60,687 nucleotides of DNA from IMG/VR virus record IMGVR_UViG_3300044641_009778. One strand, 5' to 3'. This DNA is from an uncultured virus (IMG/VR IMGVR_UViG_3300044641_009778) (taxonomy: Duplodnaviria > Heunggongvirae > Uroviricota > Caudoviricetes). Below the pieces are notes generated by a model. The model worked only from the letters and a program-made list of their open reading frames with translations, was not told where the DNA came from and did no database searches. Below are positions 42,701 to 51,352 of the stretch, one piece after another (position 1 is the stretch's first letter; every line of letters starts with the position of its first letter). A program made the position numbers and the translations under genes.

Positions 42701-42787
42701 AGTCCCCTCATAGAAGGTCAACGTACTAACAAACTGTTGCCGTTCGTAGACGGTATCAAACGTCGGTGGAACTAAAAATATCGCCAT
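39752..42787 (-). CDS. Glycine-rich adhesin / fibre-like protein (1011 aa)
   Basis: One Gly-rich domain plus two GWDG...ATITV..GVYV.S...L.N.G.I.G(R/K)GG domains resembling T2-type gp38 adhesins. Confidence 0.7.
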   Translation of the reverse strand: MAIFLVPPTFDTVYERQQFVSTLTFYEGTTAVNNISSITVDYQLGGAGDYLSLPSGVSSQLITIGTGAAAYKEIRLQGRWPQYTLNSNWVTQPSSSNTSTASFANYESVVSDGTPYFSARAYNADTSLSTTVLIRVRASRWTVALGNFEEIVYPTQALENNWNRKRNQVIPFVQGGDIDAETFRFPGGSLGGAVGQDLPEPGASTGLSQVPVTVIYDTGSGAYNVPLTVSSITVRLFGGGGRGGRGYALTNYSASGGGGGSGGFVEFTTSVTAGQTFLWNVGIGGTESNKGIGGTTNFGDNYAFGGQPGADGLLSQGSVTVAGGAGGVPNGLSGSPGSVSQGSGAIADQVGGDGADCIDSNIGQGGDGGDRTAPTGVTGLPGTGFAAGGGGAGTQRGTVQPWAGGDGQPGRIEINYLGSRFVFVDNITVNVADYNVRTQALALGWDGATPLDATITVFAGVYVYSTIVGGPGFSYDNLPVNSVVKLVNNGNIIGRGGDGFANVLGTVTAPSPGSPAILLNSTPLFITNNGTIAGGGGGGGGGSGGGGGGAGGGNGGNLKVSGENQSFGAPGLGGGPGQAGTTGTFSLSNRSMGPSVQWFVAAGPGGGGGRILPGTGGAGGVGNSGNNTMSGGGGGAGGGGGGYYFTRQTVDGGLLYHGNGGAGGASTNNGGNGTITLSGGTGGDIGGGGGGGGWGAAGGTTVVPAFAGGIGGKAIETRGFDVVFSSVGTIYGAISGTKVSDSSFSTVITSNRLQLNLRTFALSAGWDGTATASFTIANGVYVWSNTTSVAGLVVDGSWPGGVRLNNYGYIMGKGGFPTRNGGPALSITRNLILFNSGYITGGGGGGTGLNPFSGGGGAGGGEASQGTPGGPGQPAVDTFGGELNLVGRAGGAGGGGGSVSRVTNPFAFFPAPGGAGGRVIPGVGGFGGEGNNGIGLDGGSANNGPSTRIFRGAPIGPDFNWSTGGGGWGAAAFTDIGGGNAPPAGLGGRGIQLNGNTVTYLKVGTIWGAVS

Positions 42788-45700
42788 TAGGTGTAGCCCT
42801 GAGCCAACTGTACAAGGAATGGTCTATAAAGTTTGCCGCCCACCACAGTACCAACCTTGGGACCAACTTTGCCCTTTTGGAACACGCCTTCGGGCGGTCG
42901 ATTACCATCGAGACTGAAGCTGATGTGAATCCAGAAACGCTGCACGCCCTGTAGTATTTCGGTTTCCAACAACAGTTGATCGAAGGCTACATTGTCGCGA
43001 ATCCAGCGCGCAATTTCATAGTAATCCTTGTTGGGGCGTTTGGGGAAATGAATGTCTACGGCCTGGCCCGTTCCGTGCTGACCTTCGTGTCCGTCGAGAT
43101 AGCCCACCAATATTTTTACATCGGGATAGCGATCCGCAATGGGGTCCATGGTGTTCACTGCCAGAGCCTTGATGTTGGTGGCGATCTGTGCGCTGCTCAA
43201 TCGACGACCGTCGCCGCCAGTGCTGGAATTTGAACCACCCTGATAGTTACCACGTCGTCCCGAACGTCCCGCAATATTGTCGGAAGTTAAACTACCATCG
43301 ATGATGAGGTTTCTTGAAAATCCACCCAACAGGCCTGCGGTCTGCGCTGCCAGAGCAGCCGAACTGCCGCCGTAGGAATCTACGATGTTGTTGTACACAA
43401 GATCTGAAATATAGCTACCGGCAGCATAACCAATGAGTCGTCGATTGAGATCGCGCCGGCCCGCAATTTCATTTCTCACAACCTGACCCAATGTACGACC
43501 CAGCACAGTTATGCCCGATGCCTGTGCATCTGCTGCCAAACCATAGGCATAATTTAAAGTTCGCGTAATTGCTCGATCCACTACTGAGCCCAATGCAGCA
43601 CCGCCGAGGTTGCGCAGCAGTCGTTTGTTGGCTTCGTCGTCGCCGCGCAGAGCATTGCTGGCCAACACTACGCCGACCTGGCCCAAATAACGCTGAGTAC
43701 CGGTGCTTAGTATGCCGGTGTTCACACTATAGGTGTAGCCCGCACCCAAGACATTGAGGCCGACCTGCTGAGCAAAGTTCTTGCTGTTGATGTTGGGGTT
43801 GCTGGCAGCTGCGGATACTGCGGCTGCGCCTACGCCGATCCAACCCAGATTGCGACGCTGGTCGGCAGTTAGATTGGGGTTGCCCTTGCTGTAGGTATCG
43901 AGACCAATGTCCACAAAGGCCGGCAGACTCTTGGCCAACACAGTAAATCCCAGACCCAGCGGATAACCTTTTTCTCCGCGCAGTCGTGTTGTCGCAAGAT
44001 TGGCACCCAAGGTACCGATGATTTTCTGTGTATTGGAGGCGCCGGCAGTGGACAGCAGCGCTCTGCTGCCGGCCAGTACTGCGCCAAGACCGAGCTTCTC
44101 ACCGATGCTAAGGTTGCGATCACCGGCCGGCGTCAAGCCCACTACTACGGTGGTGGTTAAAAATGCCAGCTGACTTTTAGTTAAGAAATTACCGATTTTC
44201 CATTTTTTACTGACCTTGGCAGTTTCCTTGATGCCATCCTTCATGTTGGTGAGATCGCTGGCATCCACGCCTCTGCCCTGAATGGCAAAGGGTTGTTTGG
44301 GATCAAATTCTTTGAAACCCTGACTACGAATATCGTTGTCTGCGGCCTGATCGGCGAAAGTTTTGCCTTTGCCCGCACTACCGCCACGTATGTTGCGTGC
44401 ATCGATTTCTACGTCGGCAACCGCGTCGAGATTTTCGGACTGACCGTGTGCACTGGCGGCATCCGCCAGATCACCGACCTTTTGAAATACATAGTCAATG
44501 CCGTTTTCTATGAGCTGTTCAATGGTGGGTATGGATGGTTTCAGCCCAGTCAAAGGCGACACAGCCGGCGGAAACGCAGCAGCATTGGCCAATCCTATGC
44601 CCATCTGCCAGTACACCAGACCAGCATCCGCAGCAATTTGATTGGGCGAATATAAATTAATGCCCGCTATGGCGGTGTTGCTGATCTGACCAAGGCAATA
44701 GTTTGATACATCAAGAGCCACAAATAAATCATAGCTGCCGAGTCCAGTAAGTCTATAATCTCCAAAAGCATAGAAAGTTATGTTGCCGGGTTTGAGCAAC
44801 GGAGGGTTGCCGGTGAGGTCGGTTACTGCGTCGTCGGCATCGGGCACTACGTTGACGTCCAAGGTAGGCACGGCTTCGAACACCATGTTTTTAGCGCGAA
44901 CCTTGAAGTCGCCGTTGGCGTTCACCGTAAAGTCACCGCCGGTGTTGATGTTACAGCTGTTGTGTACATTGATGGTGGCATTGCCCTTGACCTGTACGTT
45001 GTAGGCGCTCTGCACCAATACGTTGTGTGCACCCTCTACCGTAAGATCGTATTGACCCCGCACATATACACGTTTATTGGCCAGTATGACGTGTTGATCG
45101 TCGCCCTCGGTGCGATACTGTACGGTGCCGTCGGGATGAATTTCTATGAAGGTTCCCGACGGGTGATATAAATGAAACCGTTCCCATTCTGGTGTATCGT
45201 CGAATTCAACAACATGACCGGCTTCGGTGGCAAATACTTTATTATATGGATAACGCGCATTGTAGCCCGTGGCAATTTGCGCCCAACGATTGGGCAAAAT
45301 AAACTCTGCTAGTTGTGCCTCGGCCAGGCCACTACCGATCAATCCAACTGTTGCTACCGGAATTTCGTCTATGGCTGTATCTACTTTATGCTGCACAATG
45401 GTGCTGACAATGTCTTGACCAGTGGCTAGTTTGTTGGTGTCGGGATGATCGGCATAGTCACAGGTTGGATACACGCTGTTGGGATCGTTAAAGCCTGGCT
45501 CGTTGCCCACGCGCGGATCATTCAAAGGACCCGCAGGATCGGCATTGGGCGGCGCCTGAACTCCGTTGTTGGGTGCGCGTTCTAGCACGTTGCGACCCGT
45601 CGGTGTGGTGTAGCTCAATCGGCCCTTGAGATAGTCATCGACTCGGTAGTATTGGCGACCACCTTCGTTCATGGTGGCATAACCAATGGCATAGTAAGCC

Positions 45701-47253
45701 AATGGAGTAGATTTATTGGCATCAGTCGGTCCGGGTTTGAGACCGCCTTTGTTGGAATTAAGCCAGGCCGAAGTACCGGGTGCGCCGGCGAGGTGCGCTG
45801 CCTGCAGTATGCCGGCTGCCTGTCGCTTGTCCATTGTGGGTGTTATGTGGCCGCGCTGCAACAAAAAATTATAGTTGTCTTCGAGAAAAGCAAACATAAT
45901 TTGTTCTTGCAGCGGTCCATTGGCCTTGAAATCTTCGGCGCTCTTGAGTCCATTTTTGCTGGCCCATACCGAAGGAGTGGTAGCCACGACATATTCGCTG
46001 TAGACCTTGCCTCGAGCTCCGTTCAACGGCGGCTGCGCCCATTTTACGTAGCCCAACTGAGTCAGAGCCTGTCCGCCAAATTGATACTTTCCTATGAAGT
46101 ATTGAAGATTTTGCGAGGCATAGTTTTGTTGGCGACCCGGCAGACTATCTGACTCCGGAAATCCTATGCCGTTCATCAGCAGCTGTACATCGCTTTTGTT
46201 TAACGGCGGCAGGTCGCGCAGCACATAGGGCGAAGGTATTATGTTGTTGGAAAGGTTGCCGCTGTCGCGTCTCTGCGGAGCATCCACTCCGGCGCCCTGA
46301 CGATCAAGTATTTTGATTACGTCGCGTGCTACTGCATTGTAGTCCTTGGGATGTATGCCGTCGGCGCTAGCATAGTTTAACGTATCAATGACTTGATCGC
46401 CATATTCGGCCGCTACTTGGCGTATGGCTTCGGCCGCAATTCGATTACGAGACAACAGCCAAACAACAGCAGCACCGGCATTGACTACTGTGCGAATTTG
46501 TTTTGCATTGGCCTTTACTGCGTCAATGCGATTCTTGGCTGCGGATAATCCAGTCGGAGTATCGGCGACAACATCGGCAAGATCATTGCCGCCACCACTG
46601 AGCACCGCAAATCTGGGATTGTGAGCGTTGGTCTGACGAGTTATGTCCTGTAAAATTCTTTTAGTGTTGATACCAACAGTAGCTACTACAGTAACACCGG
46701 CCTTGAGATTGGACAACGCAGCGCCCGTGCCGGCGGCCAGACTATCGCCCACTACCGTAATCACAGGACCAGTATTGTTGGTGGGTACAGTTACTACGGA
46801 ATTGCTGCTGTTCTGAATAATTTTAATCGGACGACCGGCTTCATCGGTCATGGGGTTACCACTGACGTCGCGTTTGGTGTCTGGTGCGTATAGATCTTCC
46901 TGCGCATTGTTGGCAGTACAGGCTTCGGTAGGCAACCTAAAGCCGGCCATGGTGCCCATTATCACTGGTTGTTGGCAATCCTTGCCGTCGGCGAAAAATC
47001 CCATGACCCAGGTTCCGGTCACCGGACCTACCGGTGAACCACCCACACCGCTGGTGGCTGCGCTGGTTACGGGCTGCAGTGGTATGGCCCAGGGCAGGTC
47101 GCGCGTTGGCAGCAAATCCTTGTTGTCGATGTGATAGCCAAAAATACGTACTCGGCAACGACCCAAGAACAGCGGATCTTCGCGGTCTTCGACCACACCC
47201 ATCCACCAGAAAAATCCGTCTCGGCCAAAAATGTTGTTAATTGGTGCGCTCAT
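42787..47253 (-). CDS. gp5: Baseplate hub / tail spike gp5 with additional enzymatic domains (1488 aa)
   Basis: OB-fold FFWWMGVVEDREDPLFLGRCRVRIFGYH...LPWAIPLQP...GTWVMGFFADG..CQQPVIMG; beta-helix entry YPYNKVFATEAGHVVEFDDTP..ERFHLYHPSGTFIEIHPDG. Confidence 0.93.
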   Translation of the reverse strand: MSAPINNIFGRDGFFWWMGVVEDREDPLFLGRCRVRIFGYHIDNKDLLPTRDLPWAIPLQPVTSAATSGVGGSPVGPVTGTWVMGFFADGKDCQQPVIMGTMAGFRLPTEACTANNAQEDLYAPDTKRDVSGNPMTDEAGRPIKIIQNSSNSVVTVPTNNTGPVITVVGDSLAAGTGAALSNLKAGVTVVATVGINTKRILQDITRQTNAHNPRFAVLSGGGNDLADVVADTPTGLSAAKNRIDAVKANAKQIRTVVNAGAAVVWLLSRNRIAAEAIRQVAAEYGDQVIDTLNYASADGIHPKDYNAVARDVIKILDRQGAGVDAPQRRDSGNLSNNIIPSPYVLRDLPPLNKSDVQLLMNGIGFPESDSLPGRQQNYASQNLQYFIGKYQFGGQALTQLGYVKWAQPPLNGARGKVYSEYVVATTPSVWASKNGLKSAEDFKANGPLQEQIMFAFLEDNYNFLLQRGHITPTMDKRQAAGILQAAHLAGAPGTSAWLNSNKGGLKPGPTDANKSTPLAYYAIGYATMNEGGRQYYRVDDYLKGRLSYTTPTGRNVLERAPNNGVQAPPNADPAGPLNDPRVGNEPGFNDPNSVYPTCDYADHPDTNKLATGQDIVSTIVQHKVDTAIDEIPVATVGLIGSGLAEAQLAEFILPNRWAQIATGYNARYPYNKVFATEAGHVVEFDDTPEWERFHLYHPSGTFIEIHPDGTVQYRTEGDDQHVILANKRVYVRGQYDLTVEGAHNVLVQSAYNVQVKGNATINVHNSCNINTGGDFTVNANGDFKVRAKNMVFEAVPTLDVNVVPDADDAVTDLTGNPPLLKPGNITFYAFGDYRLTGLGSYDLFVALDVSNYCLGQISNTAIAGINLYSPNQIAADAGLVYWQMGIGLANAAAFPPAVSPLTGLKPSIPTIEQLIENGIDYVFQKVGDLADAASAHGQSENLDAVADVEIDARNIRGGSAGKGKTFADQAADNDIRSQGFKEFDPKQPFAIQGRGVDASDLTNMKDGIKETAKVSKKWKIGNFLTKSQLAFLTTTVVVGLTPAGDRNLSIGEKLGLGAVLAGSRALLSTAGASNTQKIIGTLGANLATTRLRGEKGYPLGLGFTVLAKSLPAFVDIGLDTYSKGNPNLTADQRRNLGWIGVGAAAVSAAASNPNINSKNFAQQVGLNVLGAGYTYSVNTGILSTGTQRYLGQVGVVLASNALRGDDEANKRLLRNLGGAALGSVVDRAITRTLNYAYGLAADAQASGITVLGRTLGQVVRNEIAGRRDLNRRLIGYAAGSYISDLVYNNIVDSYGGSSAALAAQTAGLLGGFSRNLIIDGSLTSDNIAGRSGRRGNYQGGSNSSTGGDGRRLSSAQIATNIKALAVNTMDPIADRYPDVKILVGYLDGHEGQHGTGQAVDIHFPKRPNKDYYEIARWIRDNVAFDQLLLETEILQGVQRFWIHISFSLDGNRPPEGVFQKGKVGPKVGTVVGGKLYRPFLVQLAQGYT

Positions 47254-47256
47254 ATT

Positions 47257-48657
47257 TTATTCTCGATATAATCCCATGGGGCGTTGAACTGAGTCTTTGA
47301 CTATCTCCATGGTCATGGTGTGCTTTATCAAAGTAATTTTGTGTCGTATCGCAGTAACAAGATAAAATCCCGAAAAGATCGGATCTTCGTTACCCAAAGC
47401 ATAATCTTCGCTGTTACGAGGTCTAGCCATGGGATAACTTAAATATATGATGCTGCCAATCTCTGCGTCGGTGCGTCCCGGCACAGTAATTTGAAGTTTT
47501 AAATTTTCCATCTCATTCAATAGGCTGCGGCGCCGCGGTATGATTTCTTGAATTACTTCGCTGATATTTACATCTTGGTCATCGTGTAGGCCGAGATGTT
47601 TAGGGTAAAATGCCGTAGCAGCCGCTGGATTGCGCGCCGTGCCGGCCGCCATGGGCATGATGCGATCGTTGGGTAAAAAACCAATGTTGTCTAGATGAGA
47701 ATATACATTGTAGTTAGATACGTGATCATAATCATAGATGGCATAGTCTTTTCGCAGCATGTCTACGGTGTACAGTCTGTTGGCAAAATAACCGGCCTGA
47801 GTGGCCTTGACATAGTTTAGATTTTCTATGACTTCTAAACTTTCAATTCTCTTGTAATCTTTATCCACATCTCTGACCAGATCTTCTTTTGCGGAATCCG
47901 CAGAAATCTGATGAGCCATATAGACATATTGATTGTATATTGATTTATCTTGCACGCTCTGATTAATAATGGCTTCAATGTTGGCAAAATAAAATGCCTT
48001 GTTGCTTTCAAAGAATAGATAAGCCGGACTCTGCACGCTGTTGGACAGACTACGAGTGGCCAGCCAATTGATGTTCTGCGCCGGTGTCCAGCCCGGACTG
48101 ACGTATTTAATATTGTTCTTGGTTTCGTCTAGAATAATCAGCGGTGTATCATCGTCCTTCAAACCATTGCGACTGGTTTGAAGGTGATTTTTATAGATGT
48201 CTGCCACAACGTCGCTGACTCGACCTTTAAAAGATTTCCAAAGCGGACTCAGCATATCGATGTACATTTCTGCACTGCAAAAATGCAAGACAAAACTCTG
48301 CTTATTGGGCTCGCCGAGAAAACGTCGGTCTGTGGTGGAGTAAATTCTAAAGGTTTTAAATATCTCCGATGTCATGGTCGGAGTGCGGAGACGTATGCGG
48401 AGAAATTCTTCGCCTCGCAGCGGAACAACATCCGCAAGGTTCAGGGCATCAATCACCAGAATATTTCCGTAAAGCGCACTGCGAAACATATCTTCGTAGA
48501 GATTGAGTTCTGCGAGATAGAGTCGGATGTCGAATACGGTGCCTACCGCTGAAATGATTGCTAGTTCTACAATTTCAATATCACCGGCACTTAATACGCT
48601 GTTGCTACCGCCGCTGTCTTGGCGAAACTCTTTGGTTACTGTATTAAATTCAGCCAT
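47257..48657 (-). CDS. Baseplate hub protein (gp27/gpD-like fold)
   Basis: LNLYEDMF...G...D at the N-terminus; C-terminal ITVPG...G...SGFYLVTAIRHKI typical of hub/VgrG-like proteins; lies between gp53 and gp5. Confidence 0.65.
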   Translation of the reverse strand: MAEFNTVTKEFRQDSGGSNSVLSAGDIEIVELAIISAVGTVFDIRLYLAELNLYEDMFRSALYGNILVIDALNLADVVPLRGEEFLRIRLRTPTMTSEIFKTFRIYSTTDRRFLGEPNKQSFVLHFCSAEMYIDMLSPLWKSFKGRVSDVVADIYKNHLQTSRNGLKDDDTPLIILDETKNNIKYVSPGWTPAQNINWLATRSLSNSVQSPAYLFFESNKAFYFANIEAIINQSVQDKSIYNQYVYMAHQISADSAKEDLVRDVDKDYKRIESLEVIENLNYVKATQAGYFANRLYTVDMLRKDYAIYDYDHVSNYNVYSHLDNIGFLPNDRIMPMAAGTARNPAAATAFYPKHLGLHDDQDVNISEVIQEIIPRRRSLLNEMENLKLQITVPGRTDAEIGSIIYLSYPMARPRNSEDYALGNEDPIFSGFYLVTAIRHKITLIKHTMTMEIVKDSVQRPMGLYRE

Positions 48658-49153
48658 TTTTTACTGCTCTATCAAAAATTTTTAAAAACGATTCAATGAA
48701 CTGCGGACGAAGAACTTTGATTCTGCGTTTTTGTTCGTTCACGGATTCTTCGTATTCATAGTTGCTTATTGAGATCTTGGGGCCGGCCGCATAGCTAGAA
48801 TGCACTATGTCGCCATCGTTGTTGACATAATGATGTATATTGTACTCGTTGCCTATGCCGTATTTTTTAGTGACATAGTTATTTAGCGACATGGTGGACA
48901 ACGGCCAATCATAGCGAGGATCGATGATGTTGTTTACCACCAACAAAATCCAATGCAGCTCGGCATTGTTGTATAATCGATGCGCAGTAATTTCCGGTGT
49001 ATCCCCGTCGAGGATGTCGTATTCATCAAAGCTAGTCGATGTGGTTAGATTTTCTTCGGATATGGTGAATCGACGAAATATATCGGTAACCAAAAGCCCG
49101 GTGTCGCCACCATCCAGCGTGTAGACAATGCGAGGTAACGCAGCAAAATACAT
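48650..49153 (-). CDS. gp53: Baseplate wedge subunit
   Basis: MYFAALP, DGDTPEITAHRLY...LHWILLVVNNIIDPRYDWP and NYEYEESVNEQKRRIKVLRP motifs. Confidence 0.95.
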   Translation of the reverse strand: MYFAALPRIVYTLDGGDTGLLVTDIFRRFTISEENLTTSTSFDEYDILDGDTPEITAHRLYNNAELHWILLVVNNIIDPRYDWPLSTMSLNNYVTKKYGIGNEYNIHHYVNNDGDIVHSSYAAGPKISISNYEYEESVNEQKRRIKVLRPQFIESFLKIFDRAVKNG

Positions 49154-49162
49154 ATCTTTGTC

Positions 49163-50308
49163 CTATGTCGATTTTGTGGGTGTTTTCTTGTGCCAGGTTT
49201 CGATGCGCTCTCTAGTGAGAACTTCGAGTTCTCGGAATGTTAATCGCATGTTGATTTCCGTGGGTGCGCCCGTACCCTCAAAAACACTGTATCCTGAATT
49301 GCTGCCGTAATCTACGTTCATATCGGTAAGCACGCAGGTAGATATTTTATTGATCCAACGATTTTCAGCGCCTTTGTGATAGAATTGAATATTGAATTGA
49401 CTGGGGTAGATGTAAAACAATCCCTTGGCACTGAGTTCGGGATGCATGTGATAGGCAAATGTATATAGAATTTCTCTCACAACCTGACATTCAGCTTCGC
49501 TTTTCGGTAAAAATTTATAATCAAAAGTAAAAGTTCGAGTGTCGACATTTTGAAATATCTGTTCTCGAAACGGATTGGGGGTGAGTGCTCCGGTGGCGCT
49601 GGCCAGACCCTTGAGATCGATGTTTTCACCCACAGCCATGCCGGCTGCGGCGGCCGGTATTTGACCGAGATTCAACAGTCCTTTGCGAGCAAGTTCTGGT
49701 AACATTTCGTTCATGGACAACGCACTGGCGCCGCCGGCCAGGGCTCCGGTCAACGTACCCATGTCGGTGGCCATGTATTCCACACCGTAGCGCACGCTGG
49801 GGCGTTCCTGCATGGCCAGCATGATGGCGTCAGTGATGCGATAGCGTTTATCGGGCTCGAACAATTTTGCTATTTCTTCACCAAGTTTTGCCCCGCCGTA
49901 GGCAGCCACGCCAATGGTGGCGATGTTACCGATGGCTTTGACTGTGGTTGATGCGTTTTTTAAATTGGCTATATTCTTTGCATAAAAATTCTGAGCCAGC
50001 GCCACAGATGCAGCAATGGTGGCAATTTCAATGCCGTCCTGCAGGGTTTTACCGAGTTTATCTTTGTCAATGGGTCCGGAATCACTACCAGTGATATTTA
50101 CTGCCGTGCCTTTGTTTCTTGAATAGGCCTGACTTTTTCCTCGAACATTGATGAAAAATCCAATGTAGTTCTGTAGATCCGGCGATATGCTGGTGTCCAC
50201 CGGATAGACTCGGGTTCCTACATTGTAGGTAACCGATCCCTTCTTGAACGTATCAGTAAGCTTATTCTGTGAAAATTGTTCAACTTGTAGTTCGTTGGAG
50301 GTGGCCAT
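49163..50308 (-). CDS. gp48: Baseplate tail tube cap
   Basis: NPFREQIFQNVDTRTFTFDYKFLPKSEAE and CVLTDMNVDYG...PTEINMRLTFRELEVLTR motifs. Confidence 0.9.
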   Translation of the reverse strand: MATSNELQVEQFSQNKLTDTFKKGSVTYNVGTRVYPVDTSISPDLQNYIGFFINVRGKSQAYSRNKGTAVNITGSDSGPIDKDKLGKTLQDGIEIATIAASVALAQNFYAKNIANLKNASTTVKAIGNIATIGVAAYGGAKLGEEIAKLFEPDKRYRITDAIMLAMQERPSVRYGVEYMATDMGTLTGALAGGASALSMNEMLPELARKGLLNLGQIPAAAAGMAVGENIDLKGLASATGALTPNPFREQIFQNVDTRTFTFDYKFLPKSEAECQVVREILYTFAYHMHPELSAKGLFYIYPSQFNIQFYHKGAENRWINKISTCVLTDMNVDYGSNSGYSVFEGTGAPTEINMRLTFRELEVLTRERIETWHKKTPTKST

Positions 50309-50315
50309 ATAAATA
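50308..50315 (+). promoter_or_regulatory. Late promoter TATAAATA for gp4
   Basis: Exact consensus 28 nt before the gp4 ATG (50344). Confidence 0.75.
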
Positions 50316-50334
50316 TCCGGTTATAGAATCTTTT

Positions 50335-50342
50335 TATTTATC
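50335..50342 (-). promoter_or_regulatory. Late promoter variant GATAAATA for the gp48 operon
   Basis: Only candidate in the 35-bp divergent gap; 26 nt before the gp48 ATG. Confidence 0.7.
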
Positions 50343-50343
50343 G

Positions 50344-50796
50344 ATGTATTCACGAAATACGCATCAGGGTCGTTACGCAGTACAAAACACCGACAAATAC
50401 GTCGGCAACGTACGTGATGTATTTTATCGCAGCATGTGGGAACTAAAGTTCATGAAATGGTGCGACAGCAATCCCGCAGTGCTGCAGTGGGGCAGCGAAG
50501 AAATCGTCATACCTTATTTATCTCCGGTCGATGGGCGCGTGCATCGATATTTTGTGGACTTCTTCATAAAACTACGTAATCGACGCGGCGAAGAGCAGCG
50601 CTATCTCATAGAGATCAAACCCAAGAAATTCACCGAACCGCCGAAACGACCAACGCGACAGACCAGACGTTATGTGCAGGAAGCAGTAAACTATGCTATC
50701 AATCAAAGCAAGTGGGAACATGCTCAGCGGTTCTGCGAAAAACACGGATTAAAGTTTCTGGTGCTGACCGAACACGAACTCGGCATCGATAAATAA
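50344..50796 (+). CDS. gp4: Head completion protein (TnsA-like nuclease fold)
   Basis: YRSMWELKFMKWCD.NP.VLQWGSEEIVIPY.SPVDGRVHRYFVDF, EIKP and NQSKW motifs; true start is ATG 50344. Confidence 0.93.
   Translation: MYSRNTHQGRYAVQNTDKYVGNVRDVFYRSMWELKFMKWCDSNPAVLQWGSEEIVIPYLSPVDGRVHRYFVDFFIKLRNRRGEEQRYLIEIKPKKFTEPPKRPTRQTRRYVQEAVNYAINQSKWEHAQRFCEKHGLKFLVLTEHELGIDK
50788..50795 (+). promoter_or_regulatory. Late promoter variant GATAAATA, 5 nt upstream of the gp2 ATG
   Basis: GATAAATA-AACAC-ATG; no Shine-Dalgarno. Confidence 0.6.
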
Positions 50797-50800
50797 ACAC

Positions 50801-51352
50801 ATGGCCAATCCCTTTGACAATCTAAGAATCGATCCGGGCTCGGTGCAGCGCAGTCAAAGCTGGTATCGAGCTCAGGTACAACGGCTCGGCAATCTGCAGC
50901 GCAATGTGGATCGCAGCATTGCTCAGGCTCAGATGACTCGGCAGCCCAAGATCGGCAGTCTGTATATGTTTCACTACGATCCCAAACACAAGGATCGGTT
51001 GCCGTACTACGATACCTTGCCATTGGTGTTTCCGTTTGAAAAGGCTGCCGGTGGATTTTTGGGTCTAAATTTGCATTATTTGCCCTATACCATGCGGTTT
51101 CGTCTCATGTCGGCTCTGCAGGATCTAGCGGGTCGCGGCAACCGATCGGCCATTAGCTGGAATATTTTGCGCAGCAGCAGTCGTTATCCCGGAGCCAATG
51201 CCGCAGTCAAACACTACTTAACCGCTCAGCTGCGCAGCAGTTTTTTAGAAATCCCCGATGATCAATGGTTAGCTGCTAGCCAAATGCCGGTGGAGCGGTT
51301 TGTGGGCGCCAGCAAAGAAACCGTATTCAAACATACTCGTAGGATGCTATAA
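50801..51352 (+). CDS. gp2: DNA end protector protein
   Basis: GSLYMFHYDPKHKDRLPYYDTLPLVFP...GFLGLNLHYLP motif. Confidence 0.93.
   Translation: MANPFDNLRIDPGSVQRSQSWYRAQVQRLGNLQRNVDRSIAQAQMTRQPKIGSLYMFHYDPKHKDRLPYYDTLPLVFPFEKAAGGFLGLNLHYLPYTMRFRLMSALQDLAGRGNRSAISWNILRSSSRYPGANAAVKHYLTAQLRSSFLEIPDDQWLAASQMPVERFVGASKETVFKHTRRML

Noticed and set aside
33686..50308. Contractile injection system (T6SS/eCIS/tailocin), suggested by PAAR, VgrG-like and gp25 genes
   Set aside because: Capsid, portal, terminase and replication genes are linked, so this is a genuine phage.
50344..50796. TnsA-like endonuclease as evidence of a Tn7-type transposon or homing element
   Set aside because: It is the conserved T4 gp4 head-completion gene in its normal position; no transposase or element ends are present.
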